Assembly (NCBI GenBank): GCA_943356395.1
Contig: CALRFC010000001.1
Location: 1-36,665 of the forward strand
From: Candidatus Nomurabacteria bacterium
GTDB lineage: Bacteria; Patescibacteriota; Minisyncoccia; Phycocordibacterales; UBA9973
Direction of reading: 5' to 3'
Length of the DNA stretch: 36,665 nt
The notes under the pieces were generated by a model. That model worked only from the letters and a program-made list of their open reading frames with translations. It was not told the DNA's origin and did not search any database. Shown here piece by piece: positions 27,422-33,790 of the stretch. A program made the translations under genes and the position numbers. Position 1 is the first letter of the stretch. The number at the start of each line of letters is the position of its first letter.

Positions 27422-28120
27422 TTATTGCATTTTAGTATATTTTTGCAACATATAATCGTACTCCTTCCTTTTCATTTTATCGGAAAGATGATTTGTTGTC
27501 TGATGCTTGCCAACGCCGATTGTGACACCTATCGCGTTCAATATGGTAGGTTTGCCATATTTTTGATACAGTCTCGCATAATAATCGCAGTCGAGCGTCC
27601 AGGTGAGATTTTCGTCGAAGAGCAGGGGATCATCATTTTTTATCGTGAGAACGGATGGCGAACCGATGGTATTCTTTCCGACGCGTATCTTCTCATCGTC
27701 ATAAACAGGCAAATGATTCCTCCCTTTTATCCATGTCCTCCATGTTCTTTTGTCGCTTCTGCACCCGGTGACGAGCCATTGTCCGGAAAAATGATCCGCG
27801 ATTTCCTGCAATGAATCTTGGTGTGCGAGAAAATCATCCTGATACAATATTTTTATGAGTTCTCCGGATGCCCTCTTGATCGCCTCATTGGTATTCTGCG
27901 CTATCCCTTTGCGCGGATTCTTGAAGTATTTTATATCCAACAATCGGTATTTGTCATTCTCGCACAGATTTTTTATGTGATCGTTTTCCGAATTATCCGT
28001 GACCACGATTTCGAAATCTTTGAATGTCTGCTCGGAAAGCATGTCGAAACTGCGCGCAAGAAACGGGATTCCTTCGCCATGCATGTCGTATGTGGGGATA
28101 CAAACGCTTATTTTTTTCAT
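27422..28120 (-). CDS. GT2-family glycosyltransferase
   Basis: ISVCIPTYDM..., FEIVVTDNSEND, ILYQDDF. Confidence 0.85.
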   Translation of the reverse strand: MKKISVCIPTYDMHGEGIPFLARSFDMLSEQTFKDFEIVVTDNSENDHIKNLCENDKYRLLDIKYFKNPRKGIAQNTNEAIKRASGELIKILYQDDFLAHQDSLQEIADHFSGQWLVTGCRSDKRTWRTWIKGRNHLPVYDDEKIRVGKNTIGSPSVLTIKNDDPLLFDENLTWTLDCDYYARLYQKYGKPTILNAIGVTIGVGKHQTTNHLSDKMKRKEYDYMLQKYTKMQ

Positions 28121-28171
28121 AATTTTACTCTTTCGAGCTTAACACATATTCATTCTTCCACAAGTAAAAAA

Positions 28172-29626
28172 TTAACGCTCTGGCAGAATGGTTCGGATAT
28201 CTTTCAAGAGCGGCTCGCGCAAGAGGATGAGGCAAAAAATGTAAACCAACATGCCCGCAAGCATTGTAAGGATAAGTTTGCCGCCAAAATAATTTATAAC
28301 ACTGATGACTGTCGCCATGCATATCGTGGCGATAATTATTTTCCTCAAGCCTGTCACGATTCGGAAACTGGCTTCCCGATTTACTTTTCGCCAAACAACA
28401 AAGGTAACGATCGCGGTTGAAACTACTGTTGCCCATGCGGAACCGACTGCGCCGAATTTTGGAATGAGAAAAAAATTGGCGAGTATGTTTGCGATGACGC
28501 CGAAGAAATACGCACGAGCCAGTTCTCTTTGCTTATCGAACGCGAAGATGGCGTTTGAAAGCAGTATCAAGGGGAAGGAAACGAGGAGCATGAGAAGAAG
28601 CGCGGAGAGAATCGGGGCCGCGCCGGCGTACGCGGCTCCGAAAGTGAAGACGACAATCTTGCCTGAAAGGAGCATGCCCCCGACGACGATCGGAATCGCG
28701 ATAAGGAACATGAATCGGAGAGTGCGTTCAAAAATGTTTCCGAGTTGCCCCTTATCAGTGTGAGCCAAGCGCGAGATGAGCGGGAAGCTTGCCGTGCCGA
28801 TCATTGAAGGAATGATCAAAATAAATTGTTGTATGCGCTGCATGGATGCGTACAAGCCGATTTCAGCAGAATTTTTCCAGATGCCGAGCATGACGACATC
28901 GGTATTTGCCATGATACTGCCGACGAGCGTGATTAAGGCGAACGGCCATGTTGTTTTTATGACTGTGCCAAGGAGCGTCAGATCGATCCGCGATATGATT
29001 TGCAAAAATCTTTTGCGGACGACAATGGCTATCAGAAAAAAGCCAAGAGCGCTTCCGATCGCGTACGCGAGGGCAAAAGATTCCGGCGAGGGGTCGCTTT
29101 TTAGAAGCATAATGCCAAACCAAAGAGTGAGGGCGCTCATCAAAATCTTGACGACGATTTCCCACTCCATCTTTTCGAACGCTCGGTTGACCGCGAAACC
29201 GGTTTCGCGCAAAGCGTCGAAAACGAGAATGATGGCAATCATGCCGAAAAGCGGACGGGCTTCGGCAATGTGCGAGATGTGCGGACCGAGCAAGACAACA
29301 AGAAGAATACTTGCGCACAAGATGGCACTCTTTAAAAAGAGCGATGTTGATATGAACGAGGCGTAGCCGTCTTTCAGCTGTACAGCTTCGCGTGTGATCA
29401 AACCGCCAATGCCGATGTCCGAGAAAATCATGAGGATCGAACCGATTGAAAGAGCATACGAAAAAGCGCCCCACCCTTCGGCTCCGAGGATGCGGGCGGC
29501 ATAGACGACGAGCATCATCTTCAGGAGTCTGGAAGCGATTTCAGCCGCTATCAGCCAGAATGTGTTTTTGGCTATTGTCTGTTTTACGCTCGTATTTTTG
29601 AAGAGGAAATCTACCAATTGCCGCAT
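28172..29626 (-). CDS. Wzx-like polysaccharide flippase (MOP superfamily)
   Basis: 484 aa with about 12-14 TM helices and N-terminal KNTFWLIAAEIASRLLKMMLVVYAARILG. It is the first gene of the minus-strand glycan operon. Confidence 0.85.
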   Translation of the reverse strand: MRQLVDFLFKNTSVKQTIAKNTFWLIAAEIASRLLKMMLVVYAARILGAEGWGAFSYALSIGSILMIFSDIGIGGLITREAVQLKDGYASFISTSLFLKSAILCASILLVVLLGPHISHIAEARPLFGMIAIILVFDALRETGFAVNRAFEKMEWEIVVKILMSALTLWFGIMLLKSDPSPESFALAYAIGSALGFFLIAIVVRKRFLQIISRIDLTLLGTVIKTTWPFALITLVGSIMANTDVVMLGIWKNSAEIGLYASMQRIQQFILIIPSMIGTASFPLISRLAHTDKGQLGNIFERTLRFMFLIAIPIVVGGMLLSGKIVVFTFGAAYAGAAPILSALLLMLLVSFPLILLSNAIFAFDKQRELARAYFFGVIANILANFFLIPKFGAVGSAWATVVSTAIVTFVVWRKVNREASFRIVTGLRKIIIATICMATVISVINYFGGKLILTMLAGMLVYIFCLILLREPLLKDIRTILPER

Positions 29627-29691
29627 ATCGCTTCAGTATACACAAAAGAGCGGTTGGCAGGAATCCAGAAACTGCAATATAATGTACATCT

Positions 29692-29850
29692 ATGTTCTCA
29701 AAACACTTCATCAAAATGCTTCTTGGGCTTATTGGCATGATATTGCTCGGCATTCTCGTGCTTTTCGTGATAAGCGCATACGAGCGGACGCACGGCGGCG
29801 ACCGCGCGCCGAACATCTCAAACGGGATCAATAGTTTGAACGGGAGATAG
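29692..29850 (+). CDS. Possible 52-aa single-TM small protein (not in the ORF track)
   Basis: ATG 29692 to TAG 29848-29850. MFSKHFIKMLLGLIGMILLGILVLFVISAYERTHGGDRAPNISNGINSLNGR. Preceded by TTGGCA (29654-59), 18 nt, TATAAT (29678-83), 8 nt, ATG. Confidence 0.35.
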   Translation: MFSKHFIKMLLGLIGMILLGILVLFVISAYERTHGGDRAPNISNGINSLNGR

Positions 29851-29871
29851 ATACGCGATGCAAATGGGAAT

Positions 29872-29932
29872 CAGCTTCCAGCTTCTTGCTTCCTGCTGTT
29901 AGCTTTTAAATTCGGATTCAGAAGCTGGAAGC
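29872..29932. repeat. AGCT-word repeat family, hairpin copy
   Basis: GCTTCCAGCTTC (29874-29885) is the reverse complement of GAAGCTGGAAGC (29921-29932). CAGCTTCTTGCTTCCTGCTGTTAGCTTTTAAATT matches the 6856-6889 copy with 3 mismatches. Confidence 0.75.
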
Positions 29933-29951
29933 CTGTCCGAACGGATTCATC

Positions 29952-30038
29952 CGGGCGGGCAAAAAGCCCGCCCGACTGAACGACAATAATACTTCAGTCC
30001 CCTCCAGAACGACTCTGTCGGGCTGGGTTCGGGCGGGC
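29952..30038. repeat. CCCGCCCGA-word hairpins
   Basis: CGGGCGGGC-AAAAA-GCCCGCCCG (29952-29974). A second GGGTTCGGGCGGGC lies at about 30024-30038. Related to the copies at 32047-32094 and 33807-33846. Confidence 0.55.
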
Positions 30039-30117
30039 AGACAGCCAGTTTTTTTTATGTTCTATGATTCATGTTTTATGTTACGCGTTCCATATTATGC
30101 TCTATGCGTTGCCATGC

Positions 30118-30145
30118 TTGCCAGAATTTTCTTTTCATGTATACT
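30118..30145 (+). promoter_or_regulatory. Strong sigma-70-type promoter upstream of the GIY-YIG/rplJL region
   Basis: TTGCCA (30118-30123), 16 nt spacer, TATACT (30140-30145). Confidence 0.55.
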
Positions 30146-30151
30146 CTCATT

Positions 30152-30330
30152 GTTCACCGTAGACAGCGGGCAGGGGAATATCCCCAGAGGTCCCGCCGAG
30201 GAAAGGAATGAAAGACAATTGACAATTGACTTTTGACAATTGACCGAAATGCAAACGCATTTTAAGTCAAATGTCACTTGTTAAATGTTAAATGTTTGCG
30301 TTCGCTCTACGGCCGAAAGGTCGATTTTTT
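30152..30330 (+). promoter_or_regulatory. Structured leader or short transcript ending in a weak terminator (candidate rplJL leader/attenuator)
   Basis: GCGGG...GGGGA-ATA-TCCCC...CCCGC nested stems (30167-30197). A 7-bp tandem array. CGGCC-GAAA-GGTCG followed by ATTTTTT (30310-30330). Confidence 0.35.
30214..30245. repeat. 7-bp tandem repeat GACAATT x4.5, which generates reiterated TTGACA hexamers
   Basis: GACAATT GACAATT GACTTTT GACAATT GACC. Confidence 0.85.
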
Positions 30331-30333
30331 ATT

Positions 30334-30680
30334 GGAAAATAATGAGTGAAGCGAATATATTTTCCATAACCCTGTTAAATAATTTTAAATCATGTCGCGG
30401 TATCATTACACATACGTATTGCGATCAAAGAAAGATAGCGATTTGTACGTTGGGTGTACCGCTGATTTAAAATTACGATTTGAGCAACATCAGAAAGGTC
30501 AAGTTGAGTCAACAAAGAATCGACGACCGCTTGAGTTGATATACTTCGAATCATGCTTGTCTAAAAGCGATGCACTACATCGTGAAAAATATTTTAAGAC
30601 ATATCATGGTAAGCAGTTTATCTACAAGAGGCTCAAATCGTATTTAACAGGGTGAGATTTTCCGCTTCGCTACAAATCTC
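30334..30680. mobile_element. GIY-YIG ORF cassette bounded by nested inverted repeats, ending at the rplJ start codon
   Basis: ACCCTGTTAAATA (30369-30381) is the perfect reverse complement of TATTTAACAGGGT (30641-30653). GGAAAAT (30334-40) pairs with ATTTTCC (30657-63). Flanking local hairpins have loops carrying GTGAAGCGAA and CCGCTTCGCT. Confidence 0.45.
30392..30655 (+). CDS. GIY-YIG domain nuclease-family protein (stand-alone, 87 aa)
   Basis: YHYTYVLRSKKDSDLYVGCTADLKLRFEQHQKG...REKYFKTYHGKQF. Confidence 0.9.
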   Translation: MSRYHYTYVLRSKKDSDLYVGCTADLKLRFEQHQKGQVESTKNRRPLELIYFESCLSKSDALHREKYFKTYHGKQFIYKRLKSYLTG

Positions 30681-31169
30681 ATGATTACAAAAGAAAAGAA
30701 AACTCAATTGATAAAAGATATCGAGGCGATGCTCAAAAGCGCCGCATCAATCGTCTTCGTCAAATTCGACAAGCTCACGGTCAAAGACGCGAATGCGCTT
30801 CGCCGAGGGCTCGACAAGGAGAATGTCGCGTACAAGGTTTCCAAGAAAACGCTCCTGAAGCGCGTGCTCGATACGAAAGGATTCGAGGGTTCTCTGCCGG
30901 ACCTGGAAGGCGAGATCGCGATCGCCGCATCTTCCGACCCGCTCTCCGCGGCGCGCGAAGTGTATGCGTTCCAATCCGCGCACAAGGACAACATCTCGAT
31001 CGTCGGCGGCGTTTTCGACGGGAAGTATCAGGACAAGGCGCAGATGATTTCCATCGCGACGATTCCTCCGCTCCAAACGCTCCGCGGCATGTTCGTGAAT
31101 ATTATAAACTCACCCATTCAGCGATTGGTCATCGGACTCAATGCTGTTGCTGGGAAGAAAAGTGCGTAA
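30681..31169 (+). CDS. rplJ: 50S ribosomal protein L10
   Basis: 162 aa with KEKKTQLIKDIEAMLKSAASIVFVKFDKLTVKDANALRR. Followed by rplL. Confidence 0.93.
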   Translation: MITKEKKTQLIKDIEAMLKSAASIVFVKFDKLTVKDANALRRGLDKENVAYKVSKKTLLKRVLDTKGFEGSLPDLEGEIAIAASSDPLSAAREVYAFQSAHKDNISIVGGVFDGKYQDKAQMISIATIPPLQTLRGMFVNIINSPIQRLVIGLNAVAGKKSA

Positions 31170-31190
31170 ATTATAAATAATAAACTAGGC

Positions 31191-31251
31191 TTTAGGCACT
31201 AGGCTCTAGCAAAAATGCTAATGCCTAACGCCTAGTAGCCTAGTGCCTAAA
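31191..31251. repeat. TAGGC-word hairpin between rplJ and rplL
   Basis: TTTAGGCACTAGGC (31191-31204) is the perfect reverse complement of GCCTAGTGCCTAAA (31238-31251). Confidence 0.7.
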
Positions 31252-31256
31252 ATATT

Positions 31257-31649
31257 ATGGAAGAAAATAAAAATGTGGAAGTTCCTGCGAAGTTCAAGGA
31301 CATCGTTTCGAAGATCGAAGAAATGTCCGTGCTTGATCTTCATGAGCTCGTGAAAGTGTTTGAAGAAAAATTCGGCGTTTCGGCCGCAGCCGTTGCCGGT
31401 CCGGCCGCCGCAGCCGCGGGCCCTGCCGCTGAAGAAAAAGACAGCTACACGGTCGTCCTTTCTGCCGCAGGCGAACAAAAAATCGCCGTGATGAAGGCAG
31501 TCAAGGAAGCTCTCGGACTCGGACTCAAGGAAGCAAAAGATCTCGTCGATGGCGCGCCGGCAACCCTCAAAGAGGGAATGAAGAAAGCCGAAGCGGAAGA
31601 ACTCAAGAAAAAGATAGAGGAAGCGGGAGGGAAAGTTGAGCTTAAATAG
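31257..31649 (+). CDS. rplL: 50S ribosomal protein L7/L12
   Basis: 130 aa with an Ala/Pro hinge ([19 protein letters not shown]) and C-terminal domain [27 protein letters not shown]...[14 protein letters not shown]. Confidence 0.95.
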   Translation: MEENKNVEVPAKFKDIVSKIEEMSVLDLHELVKVFEEKFGVSAAAVAGPAAAAAGPAAEEKDSYTVVLSAAGEQKIAVMKAVKEALGLGLKEAKDLVDGAPATLKEGMKKAEAEELKKKIEEAGGKVELK

Positions 31650-31936
31650 CTCAACTTTCGGCCGGAGGCTGTCGAGCCGAGGCGTGGTCAGGCAAAATTC
31701 TAGCAAGAATTTATGCGTGACAAGTCGACTTAAAATAACAAAGTTATTTTAAGGGACTTTACGGCCGGAACGCCCGAAGGCCGCGCACAGCAGTGCGCGG
31801 AAGTGAGGCGGGTGAGACGCGAATACTTGGAGCGTCGCAAGACCTTGAGCGTTTTGTACTCAAAATGCGAAAGGTGTACAGTTCCTGTAAGGAACGCATG
31901 GCTCTGCGAGCGACGGCGAGTAGAGAACATGTGGCC
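31646..31936 (+). other. Non-coding, highly structured segment of about 300 bp between two 13-bp direct repeats at the rplL 3' end
   Basis: AAGTTGAGCTTAA occurs at 31633-31645 and 31937-31949. Internal perfect hairpins include CCGCGCAC-AGCA-GTGCGCGG (31781-31800), TAAAATAAC-AAA-GTTATTTTA (31731-31751) and GTTCC-TGTAA-GGAAC (31881-31895). Confidence 0.5.
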
Positions 31937-31975
31937 AAGTTGAGCTTAAGTAAATTAGAGATTCAAAACAAAAAA

Positions 31976-32000
31976 TCCCTGAAAATTTCGGGGGTTTTTT
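31976..32000 (+). terminator. Intrinsic terminator downstream of the second rplL-end copy
   Basis: TCCCTGAA-AAT-TTCGGGG stem (with G-U pairs) followed by TTTTTT (31995-32000). Confidence 0.6.
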
Positions 32001-32046
32001 GTACCCAAAAATGCCAAATGGCAAGACTTGCATTTTTTTCTATACG

Positions 32047-32094
32047 CTACCCGCCCGAACGACTGAATGATTGACACTGTTCAGTCGGGCGGGT
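32047..32094. repeat. CCCGCCCGA-word hairpin
   Basis: ACCCGCCCGA (32049-58) pairs with TCGGGCGGGT (32085-94), and CTGAA with TTCAG. CTACCCGCCCGAACG (32047-61) is identical to 33807-33821. Confidence 0.7.
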
Positions 32095-32118
32095 AAGCTA
32101 TACGCTATAACCTCACCC

Positions 32119-32760
32119 ATGGAAACTCTCGGAAAACTCTTCAATTCGACCGCTCGCGTGAAAATCATGCGTCTTTTCCTCTTGAATCCGAACACAGTTT
32201 TCAACACAAAAAGCATTTCATCGAGGAGCAAAGTCGCCATGGGGACGCTCCGCAAAGAGCTCTCGTTGCTCATTTCCGCAAAATTCATCAAGCGCAAGGC
32301 GCTCTCGAAGAAAAATCCGCCGGCCAAGCGGCGTTCCGGAAAAAAGAAAAAAGCGGCTTCTTCGGGCGCGGGTTTCGTCTTGGATCAGAATTTCAGCTAC
32401 GGCGATTCTCTGCGCGAGCTTTTGATCGATGCGGCTTTCATCAAGCATGAGACGCTCGCCAAGAATTTCAAGAAAGCCGGACGCGTGAAGCTCCTCATCG
32501 TCGCCGGCGTCTTCACGCACGATCCGGAGAGCCGGCTCGATCTTCTCGTCGTCGGCGACAATCTGAAGCGCCGTGCGGTCGACAGCTACATCAAGAATCT
32601 CGAAGCTGAGATCGGCAAGGAGCTCTCGTACGCGATGTTTGAGACTTCCGATTTCCTCTACCGCCGTGACATGTACGACAAGCTGGTCTGCGATGTGCTC
32701 GATTTTCCGCATGAGAAAGTGATCAATGCCGTTGGAGTGGCGAATAAGGTGAGGGAGTAG
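32119..32760 (+). CDS. Hypothetical protein: N-terminal wHTH-like region, basic linker and C-terminal minimal nucleotidyltransferase-like region
   Basis: 213 aa from ATG 32119. ARVKIMRLFLLNP...MGTLRKELSLLISAKFIKRK, KRRSGKKKK, LLIVAGVF...RLDLLVVGD. Confidence 0.55.
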   Translation: METLGKLFNSTARVKIMRLFLLNPNTVFNTKSISSRSKVAMGTLRKELSLLISAKFIKRKALSKKNPPAKRRSGKKKKAASSGAGFVLDQNFSYGDSLRELLIDAAFIKHETLAKNFKKAGRVKLLIVAGVFTHDPESRLDLLVVGDNLKRRAVDSYIKNLEAEIGKELSYAMFETSDFLYRRDMYDKLVCDVLDFPHEKVINAVGVANKVRE

Positions 32761-32763
32761 GAC

Positions 32764-32836
32764 AGAAAGTAGAAAATAGTTAGTAGTAAATAGGAATTTT
32801 GGAGTTTTTTGCATTCTTTACTATTTTCTACTTTCT
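32764..32836. repeat. AGTAG/GAAA-word hairpin with a 17-bp perfect stem
   Basis: AGAAAGTAGAAAATAGT (32764-32780) is the perfect reverse complement of ACTATTTTCTACTTTCT (32820-32836). Confidence 0.8.
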
Positions 32837-33011
32837 ACCAACTACTTACTATATTTATGGCTTTTCCACACCCGTCCCTTTCCACTCCCGAAAACTGGTA
32901 TAATGGTTTCAGACTATGGTTGGCTGTTTCGGCGGCCAAACTGTCACAATTATCAGTAATCGTAAGCCGTTTCGAAACGGCACTGCCCGTTTTAAGGGCA
33001 CATTTCATACT

Positions 33012-33692
33012 ATGTTATTACAAACATGGGGAGAAGTTCTTGGCGCATCACTCCAGAATCTTTGGTGGGGTTTCGTCAGTTTTGTCCCGAATCTCATCGT
33101 TGCGGTCGTTATTTTTATCATCGGATGGGTCATCGCTTCGGTGATCGGTCGCGTCATCGATCAGGCAATCACGGCGCTTAAGATCGACTCGCTCTTCAAG
33201 AGCGCGGGCGCAGACAAGATGTTTGAAAAGGCGGGATTCCATTTTTCCGTCGGAGGATTCTTGGGCGGACTCGTAAAGTGGTTTGTCATCGTCGTTTTCC
33301 TGATGACAGCGCTTGAAATCGTAGGGCTTACGCAAGTCAACAGCTTCCTTCGCGAAGTCGTTCTCTCGTATCTCCCGCAGGTCGTTATAGCTTCTCTCGT
33401 CCTTATCGTCGCAACAGTCATTTCTGATGCGATGAGAAAGATCGTCGAAGGTTCGGCTCGTGCGGCAAATGTCCACTCGGCAAAGCTTCTCGGCACGATC
33501 GTGAAGTATGCGATCTGGATCTTCGCTTTGATCATTGCGCTCTCCGAGCTCGGCATCGCGTCTCAATTCATGCAAATCCTCTTTACCGGCATCATTGCGA
33601 TGCTCGCGATCGCGGGCGGTCTCGCCTTCGGTTTGGGCGGAAAGGATGCGGCAGCGAAGTGCATCGAAAAGGTTCGTTCAGAGACGCACTAG
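33012..33692 (+). CDS. Membrane protein with conserved TM-helix repeats (mechanosensitive-channel-related small protein family)
   Basis: 226 aa from ATG 33012. Repeated pattern of a TM helix followed by a short amphipathic segment (NLIVAVVIFIIGWVIASVIGRVI..., VKWFVIVVFLMTALEIVGL..., KYAIWIFALIIALSELGI...). Confidence 0.65.
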   Translation: MLLQTWGEVLGASLQNLWWGFVSFVPNLIVAVVIFIIGWVIASVIGRVIDQAITALKIDSLFKSAGADKMFEKAGFHFSVGGFLGGLVKWFVIVVFLMTALEIVGLTQVNSFLREVVLSYLPQVVIASLVLIVATVISDAMRKIVEGSARAANVHSAKLLGTIVKYAIWIFALIIALSELGIASQFMQILFTGIIAMLAIAGGLAFGLGGKDAAAKCIEKVRSETH

Positions 33693-33750
33693 AGATTAGA
33701 GAAAAGTAGCTAGTAGCTAGTAGCTAGGGACTAGAAAATTCAAATACAAT

Positions 33751-33790
33751 ACAAAAGGAACGCGGCGTACGCCGCGCTCCTTTTGTATTT
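33751..33790 (+). terminator. Strong intrinsic terminator
   Basis: ACAAAAGGAACGCGGC-GTAC-GCCGCGCTCCTTTTGT (16-bp stem with 1 mismatch) followed by ATTTT. Confidence 0.85.

Noticed and set aside
30198-30206. GAGGAAAGG resembling the RNase P RNA P4 motif (GAGGAAAGUCC)
   Set aside because: The match is only partial. The surrounding pairing closes immediately, which is not RNase P topology, and the downstream sequence is a low-complexity tandem repeat lacking the other conserved RNase P blocks.
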